Below, piece by piece: positions 18,732 through 27,900 of a DNA stretch of 64,000 nt; position 1 is the stretch's first letter, and every line of letters begins with the position of its first letter. The DNA lies in the IMG/VR virus record IMGVR_UViG_3300046786_000774, positions 6,903-70,902 of that record; one strand, written 5' to 3'. This stretch comes from a virus. Lineage: Duplodnaviria; Caudoviricetes. A program made the position numbers and the translations under genes. Under the pieces are notes generated by a model. It saw only the letters and a program-made list of their open reading frames with translations. It had not been told where the DNA came from and did no database searches.

Positions 18732-19034
18732 TCAGTTCCATTGTGAGTTGTTAGGGCGGGAGCTTGGCTGTTCCGTCCCTTCGTCAGACCCTTCCAGGTC
18801 ATGGAGGACTTCCTCCATTGTGGTGGTCAGCCCAACCGAAAGTTGCTCAAGCCTTTCCTGGGAGTCCCCAATGGCTTTCACCCTGGATGCGAGGTGATAC
18901 ACGGCCTTCTCGATATCCTGGAGCTTGGAGAGAATCATGGGTGCGCTGGTGGTATTGAGCTCATTTGCCACGGCCTTGATGAGCTTCTCGTCTGTCTCAA
19001 TGAACTTGCCTTTTGGAGCCTTAACCTTCTTCAT
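18732..19034 (-). CDS. hypothetical coiled-coil protein
   Basis: 100 aa. Confidence 0.6.
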   Translation of the reverse strand: MKKVKAPKGKFIETDEKLIKAVANELNTTSAPMILSKLQDIEKAVYHLASRVKAIGDSQERLEQLSVGLTTTMEEVLHDLEGSDEGTEQPSSRPNNSQWN

Positions 19035-19347
19035 TGCGCACCTCTTCTTCCTCTTCTTCTTTTGCTTCTTGTTCTTGCCTCTTCATGTCACGAAGGTGCT
19101 CCATCAGGGTGTAGAGCGATTCCTCGTCCGTGTGAACAATCTTCATGACTTCCTTTTGTGCGCGGGCTTTCTTTGCCTCAATGAGAAGCTGATAAACCCG
19201 ATCATCTCCCGTTGCCAGCAAGTGAACAACGTAAGAAAGGAACTCTTGGAACGAAAGGCCATGACGCCATAGGCGCTTCTTGACTTCAACCCAGGTGAAC
19301 TGGTTTACGTCAACATGAACTCCCCTTCGTCCCTCGACAACCTTCAT
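19021..19347 (-). CDS. hypothetical protein
   Basis: start ATG 19347 after GGAGG. Confidence 0.65.
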   Translation of the reverse strand: MKVVEGRRGVHVDVNQFTWVEVKKRLWRHGLSFQEFLSYVVHLLATGDDRVYQLLIEAKKARAQKEVMKIVHTDEESLYTLMEHLRDMKRQEQEAKEEEEEEVRNEEG

Positions 19348-19351
19348 CCTA

Positions 19352-20008
19352 TTATCCTCCACCACCTCCGCCGACACCCGTCCAGGCTCCACCGGCAATC
19401 GGAGCCGAAACCCCGTCATTTGCTTCCGCTGTGCGTGGCGACAGCCTGAATTGTGTCTCCAGAATGTCCATCATTTGCCTTGCAACACCTGCATCGTAGT
19501 TCTTCTCGATGAAGTATCGGGCTCTGTTCAAAATTGTCGTCCTTGGGTCAAGAAGACCCTCGTAGTTCAAAACAAGTCTTGCGACCGATTGAGCGAAATT
19601 TCTCACGTTGAAACGTGGATTCTCCACTTGAGGTTGAGCTGGAGCGGCTGGGGGAGCTCCTGCATCATCCCCGCCTGCACCCCCTGCTCCACCAGGATCA
19701 GCACCAAACCCAGCATCCCCACCGGCATCGCCACCAGCAAGGGGATCATCTCCCTCAGCTTCAAGCAACTGCTTTGCGAAGGACCGGAACTCAAACATCA
19801 TGTTCTCTGCCGACCCAGGGACAGCGTAGGTCTGCTGTGTTGGAAGGCTTTCTTTCTCATATTTCAGGAAATACGAGTCAACCTTCATGTCCATAGACAA
19901 GTTCTGGACGCTTGGGTCCGTTGGCTGGGCATCAGCAGGATTGATTGGAGCTCCCTCTTCGAGCAAAAGGGAAGCTGCCTCCTTAAAGGACTTGACTTTC
20001 TTCATCAC
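19352..20008 (-). CDS. hypothetical protein, possibly virion-associated
   Basis: 218 aa, N-terminal SFKE...LLLEE, Gly/Ala-rich linker. Confidence 0.7.
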   Translation of the reverse strand: MMKKVKSFKEAASLLLEEGAPINPADAQPTDPSVQNLSMDMKVDSYFLKYEKESLPTQQTYAVPGSAENMMFEFRSFAKQLLEAEGDDPLAGGDAGGDAGFGADPGGAGGAGGDDAGAPPAAPAQPQVENPRFNVRNFAQSVARLVLNYEGLLDPRTTILNRARYFIEKNYDAGVARQMMDILETQFRLSPRTAEANDGVSAPIAGGAWTGVGGGGGG

Positions 20009-20934
20009 TGCACCTTGTTCTGTTGAGCACCAACGGCTGGGCGTGGGTTGACTTGCATGTCCGAGCCCGGAGCTGGGATTGGCTCCACTCCACCTGGGGA
20101 GATTTGGCTCTTTCCGATTGGAGGGGTGTTTGCTGCTTGGTCGAGCATCTTGGTTGGTGTATTGTCAACCAACGGACGAACAAGGTACAGGTCCTTCAAC
20201 TGCGAACGCTCGGCAATGACCATCCTTGCCTCAATAACGTTCCAATTCAGCTCCCGCATCATGGAGTTCAGATAGCTCTGCTTGTCGTCTTGCACGTCAG
20301 CAAAGTACGAGTGAGACCACATATCCATGACGATCACAGGAACAGCACCAAGCGGAACGCCTGCATCATGCCCGTCAATCACGAGGTTCATGTACTTGTC
20401 CTTGTAGGGATCATAGCACACAACAGCCCATCCCTCACGAGCCGAGAGAGCGGTTGCAATGAAGTCAAACTGCCAGTTCTCGAAGCTGCCCCAATCCCTT
20501 GCGAGACGCATGAATGGAATGGAATCGCGGTGAATCTGAGACTCCAGGTCGGAAATGTTCCCGAAGTAGAGCTCGTGGAGCTTCACAGCGTTCATGTTGT
20601 AGGTCAAATCCCTCTTCAGGTTGCGGAATTCATCAACTTGCTCTCGGGAAGCTGAATCCAGCTTTGCCGAGACCTGATTGAACTTTGCCACATATTCCTG
20701 GTACAGGGTGTCGTGCGCCTTCTTCGTCTTGCTGGAAAGCCACTGGGTGCCAAGGTGAAAATGCTTTGGAAGGACAACAAGAGCTTCCTTCAGAGAAGCC
20801 TTTCCCTTCTCCACCACCGCTTGCACCACCGCCTCGGTCACCTTCTTAGGGGTATCTGAAGGGGGAATGGCACCGGAACGCTGGAGAGATTCCTTGATTG
20901 TCTTGGTGAGGAGGTTGGTGATGTTCTGGCTCAC
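20005..20934 (-). CDS. Fe/Mn superoxide dismutase-like protein (divergent)
   Basis: KLHELYFGNI, GWAVV, PVIVMDMWSHSY (canonical DxWEHxY), NWNVIEAR. Confidence 0.75.
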   Translation of the reverse strand: MSQNITNLLTKTIKESLQRSGAIPPSDTPKKVTEAVVQAVVEKGKASLKEALVVLPKHFHLGTQWLSSKTKKAHDTLYQEYVAKFNQVSAKLDSASREQVDEFRNLKRDLTYNMNAVKLHELYFGNISDLESQIHRDSIPFMRLARDWGSFENWQFDFIATALSAREGWAVVCYDPYKDKYMNLVIDGHDAGVPLGAVPVIVMDMWSHSYFADVQDDKQSYLNSMMRELNWNVIEARMVIAERSQLKDLYLVRPLVDNTPTKMLDQAANTPPIGKSQISPGGVEPIPAPGSDMQVNPRPAVGAQQNKVQ

Positions 20935-21028
20935 GGGTAATCCTTACCGATAAATAGACCCTTCTTTTGGACACGGTGAATTTTGACCATCTGCTACATA
21001 CCCGAGCAATCCTAGAAAAGAGGAAAAG

Positions 21029-21592
21029 ATGGCAGAAACAATTTCCGTAATGGTAGGTGACCCCCGTATTGGCGAAACTTCGGTTCTTCCAAAGATGACC
21101 GAAGAAGAGAAGGCTGAAGTCAGGGAAATCATGGCAAAAACCAAGGACCTGATCCAGGGACTTCAGAAGTGTCCGGTCAAGCCAGAGAATCAGATCGCCA
21201 AGTTTGATTTGCTTCTCGGCTGGCAATGGAGACTTGAACTTGAAGGAATCGACGCCTTCCTTGTCAAGAGGGTGGAGTTTCCAAAGTACGTCAGGGAGCG
21301 TGGAGACGACGTTTACAGCTTCGTTAAGAAGCAAAGGAAGCTCACGGTTTACCTCCATGAGGCTATTGCTCCTGCCACCTACCAGCAGGTAGAGGAAATG
21401 ATTCTTGGAACCTTCATGTTCCCGAGAACTGGCACCCTGCATTACGTGAACAGCAGAGGGGATACAGTCCGTGCTCGGCACTTTTCGGGTATCCGAGTGG
21501 ATGAAATGGAATGCTCCCCCCTTGATTACGGGTCCAAAGACCCGCTTGAGATCAAACTTGTTCTCTCTTACGAAGCAGAGAGACAGGTCTGA
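21029..21592 (+). CDS. T4 gp19-like tail tube paralog
   Basis: WRLELEGIDAFLVKRVEFP...LTVYLHE...LDYGSKDPLEIKLVLSYE pattern. Confidence 0.55.
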   Translation: MAETISVMVGDPRIGETSVLPKMTEEEKAEVREIMAKTKDLIQGLQKCPVKPENQIAKFDLLLGWQWRLELEGIDAFLVKRVEFPKYVRERGDDVYSFVKKQRKLTVYLHEAIAPATYQQVEEMILGTFMFPRTGTLHYVNSRGDTVRARHFSGIRVDEMECSPLDYGSKDPLEIKLVLSYEAERQV

Positions 21593-21606
21593 GGTCAGAC
21601 CTTTTT
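21585..21606 (+). terminator. intrinsic terminator at convergent junction
   Basis: AGGTCTG-AGGT-CAGACCT hairpin followed by T-run. Confidence 0.55.
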
Positions 21607-23895
21607 CTTGAGAATTCGGATGCCAGTTGGCTTGGCTCTCAAGCCGTAGTCATCCGATTCAAGTCGAAGAACGAGAATGTCGTCCTTCCTGTACAGGGTG
21701 TCCCGGTCACTCTTATAGTTCCACACCTTGCACTTCCGCTTTGCCCCGGATTCACCGTGGAAGGTCAAGGCAAGGTACTCATTTCCTGTCTTGGTCTCCA
21801 GGACAGAACAAGAGTCCACAATCGCCCAATAGAGCTTCTGTGGGCCGGTAAAGGAGTCAACGGACTCGATGTTGTTCTTGGTGAAGAACTCGACCATTTG
21901 GGGCGTGAGGATCAAGGAAACGTCGATTTGACCCGTGAGTTCCTTTGAGAACTCCAGCTTCTCGTCAAGGGTCCAGTCGCTTGGATCGGTGAGCTTCACG
22001 GTTTCAATAATTTCAAGCAGTTTGGCAACAGCGTCGTTGTCCTTCTTTCTTGAGGCAATTCGCTTGAGTAGCTCGTGGTTGTCGATCAAGGCGGTGTGCA
22101 TCTGCTTGTAATTGTCAAAGATGCAGCCTGGACCAACCAAGTTCATGGAATTGAAGGCGTTGGTCTTGATCAGGTGGGAAAGGGCCTTTTTGTTGAACTT
22201 GGAATGTCTCCAGGTTCCATCCCTGTTCACAATCAGGTCTCGGAGCTCCGTGTATGGTCGGTGTTGCTTCGCTTCCAGGAGTGAAGCCTTGCCGACACCC
22301 TTGATTGCACTGAACGAAGGGATCAACACCTTTCCTTCCCTGATGGTGAACTTGTCCTCCGAGTAATTGATGTCTGGCTTGCCAAACTTGAAACCCAACA
22401 TTTGGGCTTCGAGCATGGCAACAGACTTGGGGTCCTCACCGCTTGCACTCTTGCCTTTTCCGTCCGTGGCGAAGTCAAGGTAGGAGGCGATCCACTCCTC
22501 GGGGTAGTAGGTAAGGAACCAAGCACACTGGTAGGAGGTGATGGCGTAGGCCATAGCGTGCGACTTGTTGAAGCCGTAAGCCGTCCACTTCTCGAAGTCC
22601 TTCCAAACCGTCTCGGCGTGCTCCCTGGAAATGCCAGAGTGCTTCATGGAGTCTTCCACGAACTTCTCTCCCAGGGCCTTGATTTCCTTGGCTTGCTTCT
22701 CTGCGTTGCTCTTGTCCTTCTTCGTGAATGCCTTGCGGATCGAGTCTGTATCGTCCAGGTGCATTCCAGAGAGCTTGTTGACGATCAACTGGAGCTGCTC
22801 CTGGAAGATCAGAAGACCGCTGGTGTATTCCAGAACTTCCTTCAATGCTGGGTGTGCATAGTGCACAGAATTTGGGTCGTTTCGGTTGATCAAGAACATG
22901 TTCTGAGCCCCATGGACCTTTTCGCCATTTGGCAAGTCGATTTCCAAGCCCATTGGACCGGGACGGAAGATCGAGGTGGCAATAGCAATGTCGAGCACGG
23001 AACGTGGCTTCATTTCCTTCATAAAGCGCTGGACGTTGTCCTTGACGAACTGGAAGATGCCAGCGTACCTGCCTTCCCAATAGACGTGCTTGTAGACATT
23101 CAAGTCGTCCATTGTGTTGTTGTCCGGGTGGAGCTTCTCGAAGAACCACTTGTTGATGTCAGCCTGGGTAACGTACTTCTTGCCCTCTTTCTTGAGAATA
23201 CGGGTGATCGTGTCCTCGAAGATACGAAGGGTGCCAAGTCCGAGCACATCGAACTTCAAGAGCCCAAAGTCCTCAAGGTGACGAGCCGCCAAACCCTCTG
23301 GCCAAGGCGTCTGCAAGCCTCCCTTTGCCTTGATCAGGGGCATCGAATCCCTGGAGCCACTGGTGATGATCACGCCTCCTGCGTGCCTTCCAATGGTCCT
23401 CTGCTGCTTCCAGAGAACATCGAGCGTTTCCTGGAAGTTGGGGAAGTTGATGGCAACCTCTCGCATGAACTTCTGGAACGACGGAGAGTGCTCGGCAAGA
23501 TCCTCAAACGTCAACTCGTACTGAGCAGCATCGAACCCTGGCTCGGCCTTCTTTACCGCCATTACCTCGGGGATCATGGTTTTGGTATAGTCGTTCACCA
23601 ACTCGAACGGCACTCCGTTGAGCTTGCACAGATCCTTGATAAGAGACAAGGGCTTGAGAGCAGCAAAGAGGCTCACCGGAATGACGTTCTCCTCCCCAAA
23701 GAACTCCTGGAGAAGCTTCACTGCCTTTTCACGGTCAGCAAAGTCCGAGTCAATGTCAGGAAATGAGTTGTGAGTCAGGACGTAGTTTTCGTACGGCTTG
23801 TCGCTCACATAGAAGGTGTGGTCATCAGCAACGCCAATATCAATTAGCGTTGTTGGCTGTGAGAGAGTGACTCGTCGAACTTGTTTGATTTTCAT
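21595..23895 (-). CDS. dnaE: DNA polymerase III alpha, C-terminal half, preceded by split-intein C part
   Basis: IntC ...VLTHN|SFPDIDSDF; RHAGGVII, LLKFDVLGL, GIFQF, FQEQ, YGFNKSHA, C-terminal OB fold. Confidence 0.95.
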   Translation of the reverse strand: MKIKQVRRVTLSQPTTLIDIGVADDHTFYVSDKPYENYVLTHNSFPDIDSDFADREKAVKLLQEFFGEENVIPVSLFAALKPLSLIKDLCKLNGVPFELVNDYTKTMIPEVMAVKKAEPGFDAAQYELTFEDLAEHSPSFQKFMREVAINFPNFQETLDVLWKQQRTIGRHAGGVIITSGSRDSMPLIKAKGGLQTPWPEGLAARHLEDFGLLKFDVLGLGTLRIFEDTITRILKKEGKKYVTQADINKWFFEKLHPDNNTMDDLNVYKHVYWEGRYAGIFQFVKDNVQRFMKEMKPRSVLDIAIATSIFRPGPMGLEIDLPNGEKVHGAQNMFLINRNDPNSVHYAHPALKEVLEYTSGLLIFQEQLQLIVNKLSGMHLDDTDSIRKAFTKKDKSNAEKQAKEIKALGEKFVEDSMKHSGISREHAETVWKDFEKWTAYGFNKSHAMAYAITSYQCAWFLTYYPEEWIASYLDFATDGKGKSASGEDPKSVAMLEAQMLGFKFGKPDINYSEDKFTIREGKVLIPSFSAIKGVGKASLLEAKQHRPYTELRDLIVNRDGTWRHSKFNKKALSHLIKTNAFNSMNLVGPGCIFDNYKQMHTALIDNHELLKRIASRKKDNDAVAKLLEIIETVKLTDPSDWTLDEKLEFSKELTGQIDVSLILTPQMVEFFTKNNIESVDSFTGPQKLYWAIVDSCSVLETKTGNEYLALTFHGESGAKRKCKVWNYKSDRDTLYRKDDILVLRLESDDYGLRAKPTGIRILKKKV
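23767..23895 (-). mobile_element. split intein C-fragment (43 aa)
   Basis: MKIKQVRRV...IDIGVADDHTFYV (block F)...LTHN (block G), +1 Ser. Confidence 0.92.
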
Positions 23896-24712
23896 GCTTT
23901 ATTACCAAATGAGCAGTTTTCTTGTAGCTGCGCTGTTCAAGGTTTGGGACCGCAGTCCACAGGTTGGCATCTTTTATTGCAGAAATAAACTCCTTCTGCG
24001 TTACTACCAACACCCTAATCCGATACTGGGCTTCCACAATGGGTATCTTGTCGAGATTCTTTCGCCAATCAGCTTCGTGTGGATGATCCGTCTTCGCTTC
24101 CAACCCTTTCAACTCAACGTACATGTCGAACTCAGGTAGGAAGAAGTCGGGTGTATATGTGTACCTGCCAACGCGGAACGTCGTAGGTTCATACACGGCT
24201 CTGATGCCAAGATGATTCATTGCACGCTGGAAATCTGCCTCCAAAGAGCTACGGAAGCGTATGCTTCCCAGGTCTGCCCGATAGCCACTGCGTCCCCAAG
24301 TGGAAGGGACTACATCGGAAGTAAAACAGCTCCATGAACAGTAACTTCCGTTCAATCTTGCTGGCTTTTGCGTGAAAACAATCGAACAGCGCCTACAAGT
24401 GTTACTCTTGAACCGCTTCTGGGAAGCGTTCTTGCATTCATAAGAGCAGAACTTACCCCGTTGCGAAGGGTATCTCAGAAATGTCTTAGAACAGCTCTGA
24501 CACGAGGCTTCAACCTTGTCGGCGGCCTTCTTCCTGCCAAACAAGTTCTTGCAGCCATCCGAGCAAAACACCTTGCGAAACACATTTGAAGAGCCGCGAC
24601 CTGTGCCAGTCTGCTGTATTTCAAAGGTGTCGCCGCACTGCTTACAGCTTCTCGAAAGCGTATCGCTCGTCAAAGTGCAGTTTGATGAGTTCGTCTGTTT
24701 CTTGGAGTTCAT
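23840..24712 (-). mobile_element. free-standing putative homing endonuclease (CxxC repeats + PD-(D/E)XK domain)
   Basis: repeated CxxC..F..CS..C modules; FRSSLE...YEP...YTPDFFLP...YVELKG; overlaps both dnaE halves. Confidence 0.8.
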
Positions 24713-26552
24713 CTGCTCTTACTTCCGCTCTCTGACCGTCCCGGATCACTACCCAAAGGTGATTTGGACTGCATGTGATGGTGGTCCCATCCTCAGCTTC
24801 CACCTCAATCAACTCCTGGTGCTCAGACTCCACCTTGGACACCACAGGCTTGTATTCTCCAGTGTGAGTCAAAACCTTGTGGAAGCCAGAGTCGAGATAT
24901 TGAAGCTGGCACGCTCCAACATTGGTCAAAACATAAGTAGTTGGAAGTAGGCAGCGCTTCTTGCGAGTCATGAAGCGCTCGAACAGGAGATCGTGCTTGA
25001 TTGGGTCCATTTGGGTGATCCCCAGGACGTATGCAAGCAAGGAGCCACCAGCAGACCCACGAGCATTGCCAAGGAGCATGTGCTCACCACACACCCGCAT
25101 GATGTGGTAGTAGGTCAGGAAGTATTTGGCAAACTTCAAGGTCTTGATGACTTCAAGCTCATATTTGAGCCGGTCAATGTAAGCCTGTTTCCCAGCAACC
25201 TTGCGGTTCTTCAACCCCTCAATGGCGTATTGCTTCACAGCTTGGAAGGCAATTGAGTCCTCGTTGTCAGCTTCCTCGGCTGGCAACTTGCTCTTGAACT
25301 CCTCCACGCTCTCCTCGTCCAGGAGTCGCTGAATTGCAGGAAGCTTCACCCTGCGATCCGGCTCTGGCTTCCCAATTTGCTGGTGTGCAATGTCATGGGT
25401 CCGCTCGATGGCGTCAGCCACGACATCATCATCGTAGAAGCTGTACTCCTTGCAGTATTCCTTGTAGCTGGCCCAAATCTGCTCAACGTTCTTTGGGTAG
25501 AGCTCACACTTGAGCTCGTCCACGCTGGCCGGAAGTTCGTCCCTCTGGTCTTCGGGCTTCATGAATTGAAGCCGCCCCATCATCTTGTAAATCTCCCTCT
25601 CTCGCCAGTGTGTTGGATCGGCGTAGTGGGCATCACAAGTCACCACCAACGGGGCTCCTGTGCGCTTGGAAGCCTCGATCAGGTGGTAGTTGACAAGGTG
25701 TTGGGCTCCAAGCTTGTTGAACTGGAGTTCGAGGTAGTAGTTCTCAGGGCCAAGAGCATCCTGGAACTGCTTGATTGCCTCGGCAAGCTTGCTCTGGATC
25801 AGCTCAAAGTTGTTGTCGTTTGGCCCCCAAAGCTTGAAATCGCCGCCGTCCTGGTGATCAAAGATGATCTTTGCAGGGTATCCACCAATGCAAGCGGACA
25901 GGGCAACGATGTTGCCCTTAGCATACTTGCGAATCATCTCCAGGTCCATCCTGGGGTAGCGGTAGAAGCCGTCAGCCGCCGAATCGGATACCAACCTGAA
26001 GAGAGCCTTCAATCCCTCATCGTTCTTTGCCAGCAAAACCAAGTGGTTGCGCTGGTACAGGGGATTGCGGACCTTTTGCTTGGATTCCTCCTCGTTTTCG
26101 ACAATGGTTCCACCGGAATCGTCACTGTCGGCATTCTGCAATGCGTCAATGGCTTCCTTGACATCAGTGATGGCTGTATCGAGAGCCTCAACGAGTTCCT
26201 CAGCAGGCGCAGCACCCTTCTTGGTGTTCTTGGCTTGCGCCTTAGCCTCTCGGGCAGCAGCGTTCTCCGCTTGCTGCTTCTGGTAGAGCTCCCTCCACTC
26301 CTCCAGGGAAGGAATGAAATAAGCCTCAACGCCAAAGATTGGCTTGAACTTGACTCCCTTCCCCTCCAGCTTCTTTGCATGGAGGTACTGGTGGGAGAAA
26401 CCATTCATGTTGCCGTGGTCAGTCAGGGCCAGGGAGTCGGAGCCATTCTTGATGGCAAAGTCGATGTGGTCCTGTGGACGCCCAATGGCATCGTATGTGG
26501 AAAAGGTGCTGTGCGAGTGAAGGCCAACGAAGCGGTTAGGTGCTCTGCTCAT
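24642..26552 (-). CDS. dnaE: DNA polymerase III alpha, N-terminal half (PHP domain), followed by split-intein N part
   Basis: LHSHSTFS, ALTDHG, FGVEAY, HLVLLAKN, RGSAGGSLLAYVLGIT, LLFERF then CLLPTT intein start. Confidence 0.95.
   Translation of the reverse strand: MSRAPNRFVGLHSHSTFSTYDAIGRPQDHIDFAIKNGSDSLALTDHGNMNGFSHQYLHAKKLEGKGVKFKPIFGVEAYFIPSLEEWRELYQKQQAENAAAREAKAQAKNTKKGAAPAEELVEALDTAITDVKEAIDALQNADSDDSGGTIVENEEESKQKVRNPLYQRNHLVLLAKNDEGLKALFRLVSDSAADGFYRYPRMDLEMIRKYAKGNIVALSACIGGYPAKIIFDHQDGGDFKLWGPNDNNFELIQSKLAEAIKQFQDALGPENYYLELQFNKLGAQHLVNYHLIEASKRTGAPLVVTCDAHYADPTHWREREIYKMMGRLQFMKPEDQRDELPASVDELKCELYPKNVEQIWASYKEYCKEYSFYDDDVVADAIERTHDIAHQQIGKPEPDRRVKLPAIQRLLDEESVEEFKSKLPAEEADNEDSIAFQAVKQYAIEGLKNRKVAGKQAYIDRLKYELEVIKTLKFAKYFLTYYHIMRVCGEHMLLGNARGSAGGSLLAYVLGITQMDPIKHDLLFERFMTRKKRCLLPTTYVLTNVGACQLQYLDSGFHKVLTHTGEYKPVVSKVESEHQELIEVEAEDGTTITCSPNHLWVVIRDGQRAEVRADELQETDELIKLHFDERYAFEKL
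24645..24953 (-). mobile_element. split intein N-fragment (103 aa)
   Basis: C1 block A CLLPTTYVLT; block B ITCSPNHLWVV; ends ADELQETDEL. Confidence 0.92.
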
Positions 26553-26588
26553 AGTCGAGGAGCATACTAACCACCCCGTTCAATGAAT

Positions 26589-26906
26589 TCAAGTCCCGCT
26601 TGCCTCTTCAAACAACGGTGTGACATTCTTTGGGTTGTTGAACCGGTGACCAGAATCAGCTAGCATGTTTAGCAGGTCAATTACGTCCCATTCCTTTGGG
26701 ACTTCAAAATTTCCCACAAATACCCACGGATAATCAAGCTCAACTTTGACCAGCTTGAGTTTGACTCCAAAATAGGAATGGCATCCATCCTTCATGTCCG
26801 GTCGAGTCGAAAAAGAAATTTGAACTTGCTTGATCGACTCAGCTTTTTGGCTGTCAATGTCCTGAGTGCCATTCCGAATGGTGTTGTAGCGGCGAATCAT
26901 CTTCAT
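26589..26906 (-). CDS. hypothetical protein
   Basis: 105 aa, AAGGAG SD. Confidence 0.6.
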   Translation of the reverse strand: MKMIRRYNTIRNGTQDIDSQKAESIKQVQISFSTRPDMKDGCHSYFGVKLKLVKVELDYPWVFVGNFEVPKEWDVIDLLNMLADSGHRFNNPKNVTPLFEEASGT

Positions 26907-26914
26907 CTCCTTGG

Positions 26915-27850
26915 TTAGCGATACATTGCAGCGAAAGTGTCAACTGCCCTGTGAAGAGCGGAACCCTTCTTGCAGAGGTCATCGCACAAGAGGAAGTGGC
27001 GATAGCCAAGGGTGAAAAGCAGCTCCAACTCTGCAAGATCCGAGCACGCTGGAACGTTGTTGTGAAACAGGGAAAGAAGCATCCTGGAGCCAACAACCGC
27101 ATACTTGTCGGCTTGAATGATCGTGCGGTGAGCCTCCAAGATGTGGTGAGGCTTCTCAACCTCCACATACAGATCGCCACGAGCACAAGCCAACCGAATA
27201 TTCCCGTGGTCGTTGCCACAAGAACGGTGGTAGGTTCGGAACGAGGTTTCCGCATATTCCAAACCAGCAAGATTCTCGATCTTGAGGATCAGGTTTGCTT
27301 TCCGTCCAACAAGCTCTTGGAACTCCTCAACATCCTTCTCCTTTTCCACGTATGAGAGGTAGAAGTTCTTGAAGCCAAGCTTCACAGCTTGCTGAATCTT
27401 GTCCTTTTCGTCGTTGGTGAAAAGCGCATCGGTGATCTTGACGTTCTGGTCTCGGAAGTGAACCGAATCCCCAGGCTTCACCCGATACTTCGGAAATCCA
27501 TCCCCACGAAGAATCAGACGCTTCCCATCGACAACCTTCTCCACGGTTGCCCAATCTTCTCCAGCCTTGAAGATGATTGGGTGCGGAGTCGGGAGCTTGA
27601 TGGAATGGTTCATCACCAATTCCAGGTGGTCGGGGAAGTATTCCGCAGCTTCCACCCGAAGCTGCCTCCCCTTTGCATCCAGCCAAAGGGGGACTGTTGC
27701 CGTCCCTGGGATCTTTGCCAGTTCCGCCTTCAAATCACTTGACTTGAAGAGCAGTCCGTTCATCCTGATTCCCCCAACATTGGGATCATTGATGAACTCT
27801 GCAAAGTGAGCGTCGGCAGGAACAGCGGTGATATGCAGCTTTGGGTACAT
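26915..27850 (-). CDS. pyruvate kinase-like barrel protein lacking the C-terminal regulatory domain
   Basis: IRMNG, LDAKGRQLR, LSYV, LILKIE, ARGDLYVE, GSRML correspond to PK motifs RLN, LDTKGPEIR, SFV, KIE, ARGDL, ATQML. Confidence 0.75.
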   Translation of the reverse strand: MYPKLHITAVPADAHFAEFINDPNVGGIRMNGLLFKSSDLKAELAKIPGTATVPLWLDAKGRQLRVEAAEYFPDHLELVMNHSIKLPTPHPIIFKAGEDWATVEKVVDGKRLILRGDGFPKYRVKPGDSVHFRDQNVKITDALFTNDEKDKIQQAVKLGFKNFYLSYVEKEKDVEEFQELVGRKANLILKIENLAGLEYAETSFRTYHRSCGNDHGNIRLACARGDLYVEVEKPHHILEAHRTIIQADKYAVVGSRMLLSLFHNNVPACSDLAELELLFTLGYRHFLLCDDLCKKGSALHRAVDTFAAMYR

Positions 27851-27900
27851 TTGGTCTCCTATCCGCCCCTATAGGAACCATTCCCCCCCGATTGTCAAGC

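Noticed and set aside
27861-27900. TTGACA upstream of the PK-like gene
   Set aside because: No TAnnnT hexamer at 16-18 nt spacing, so not listed as a promoter.
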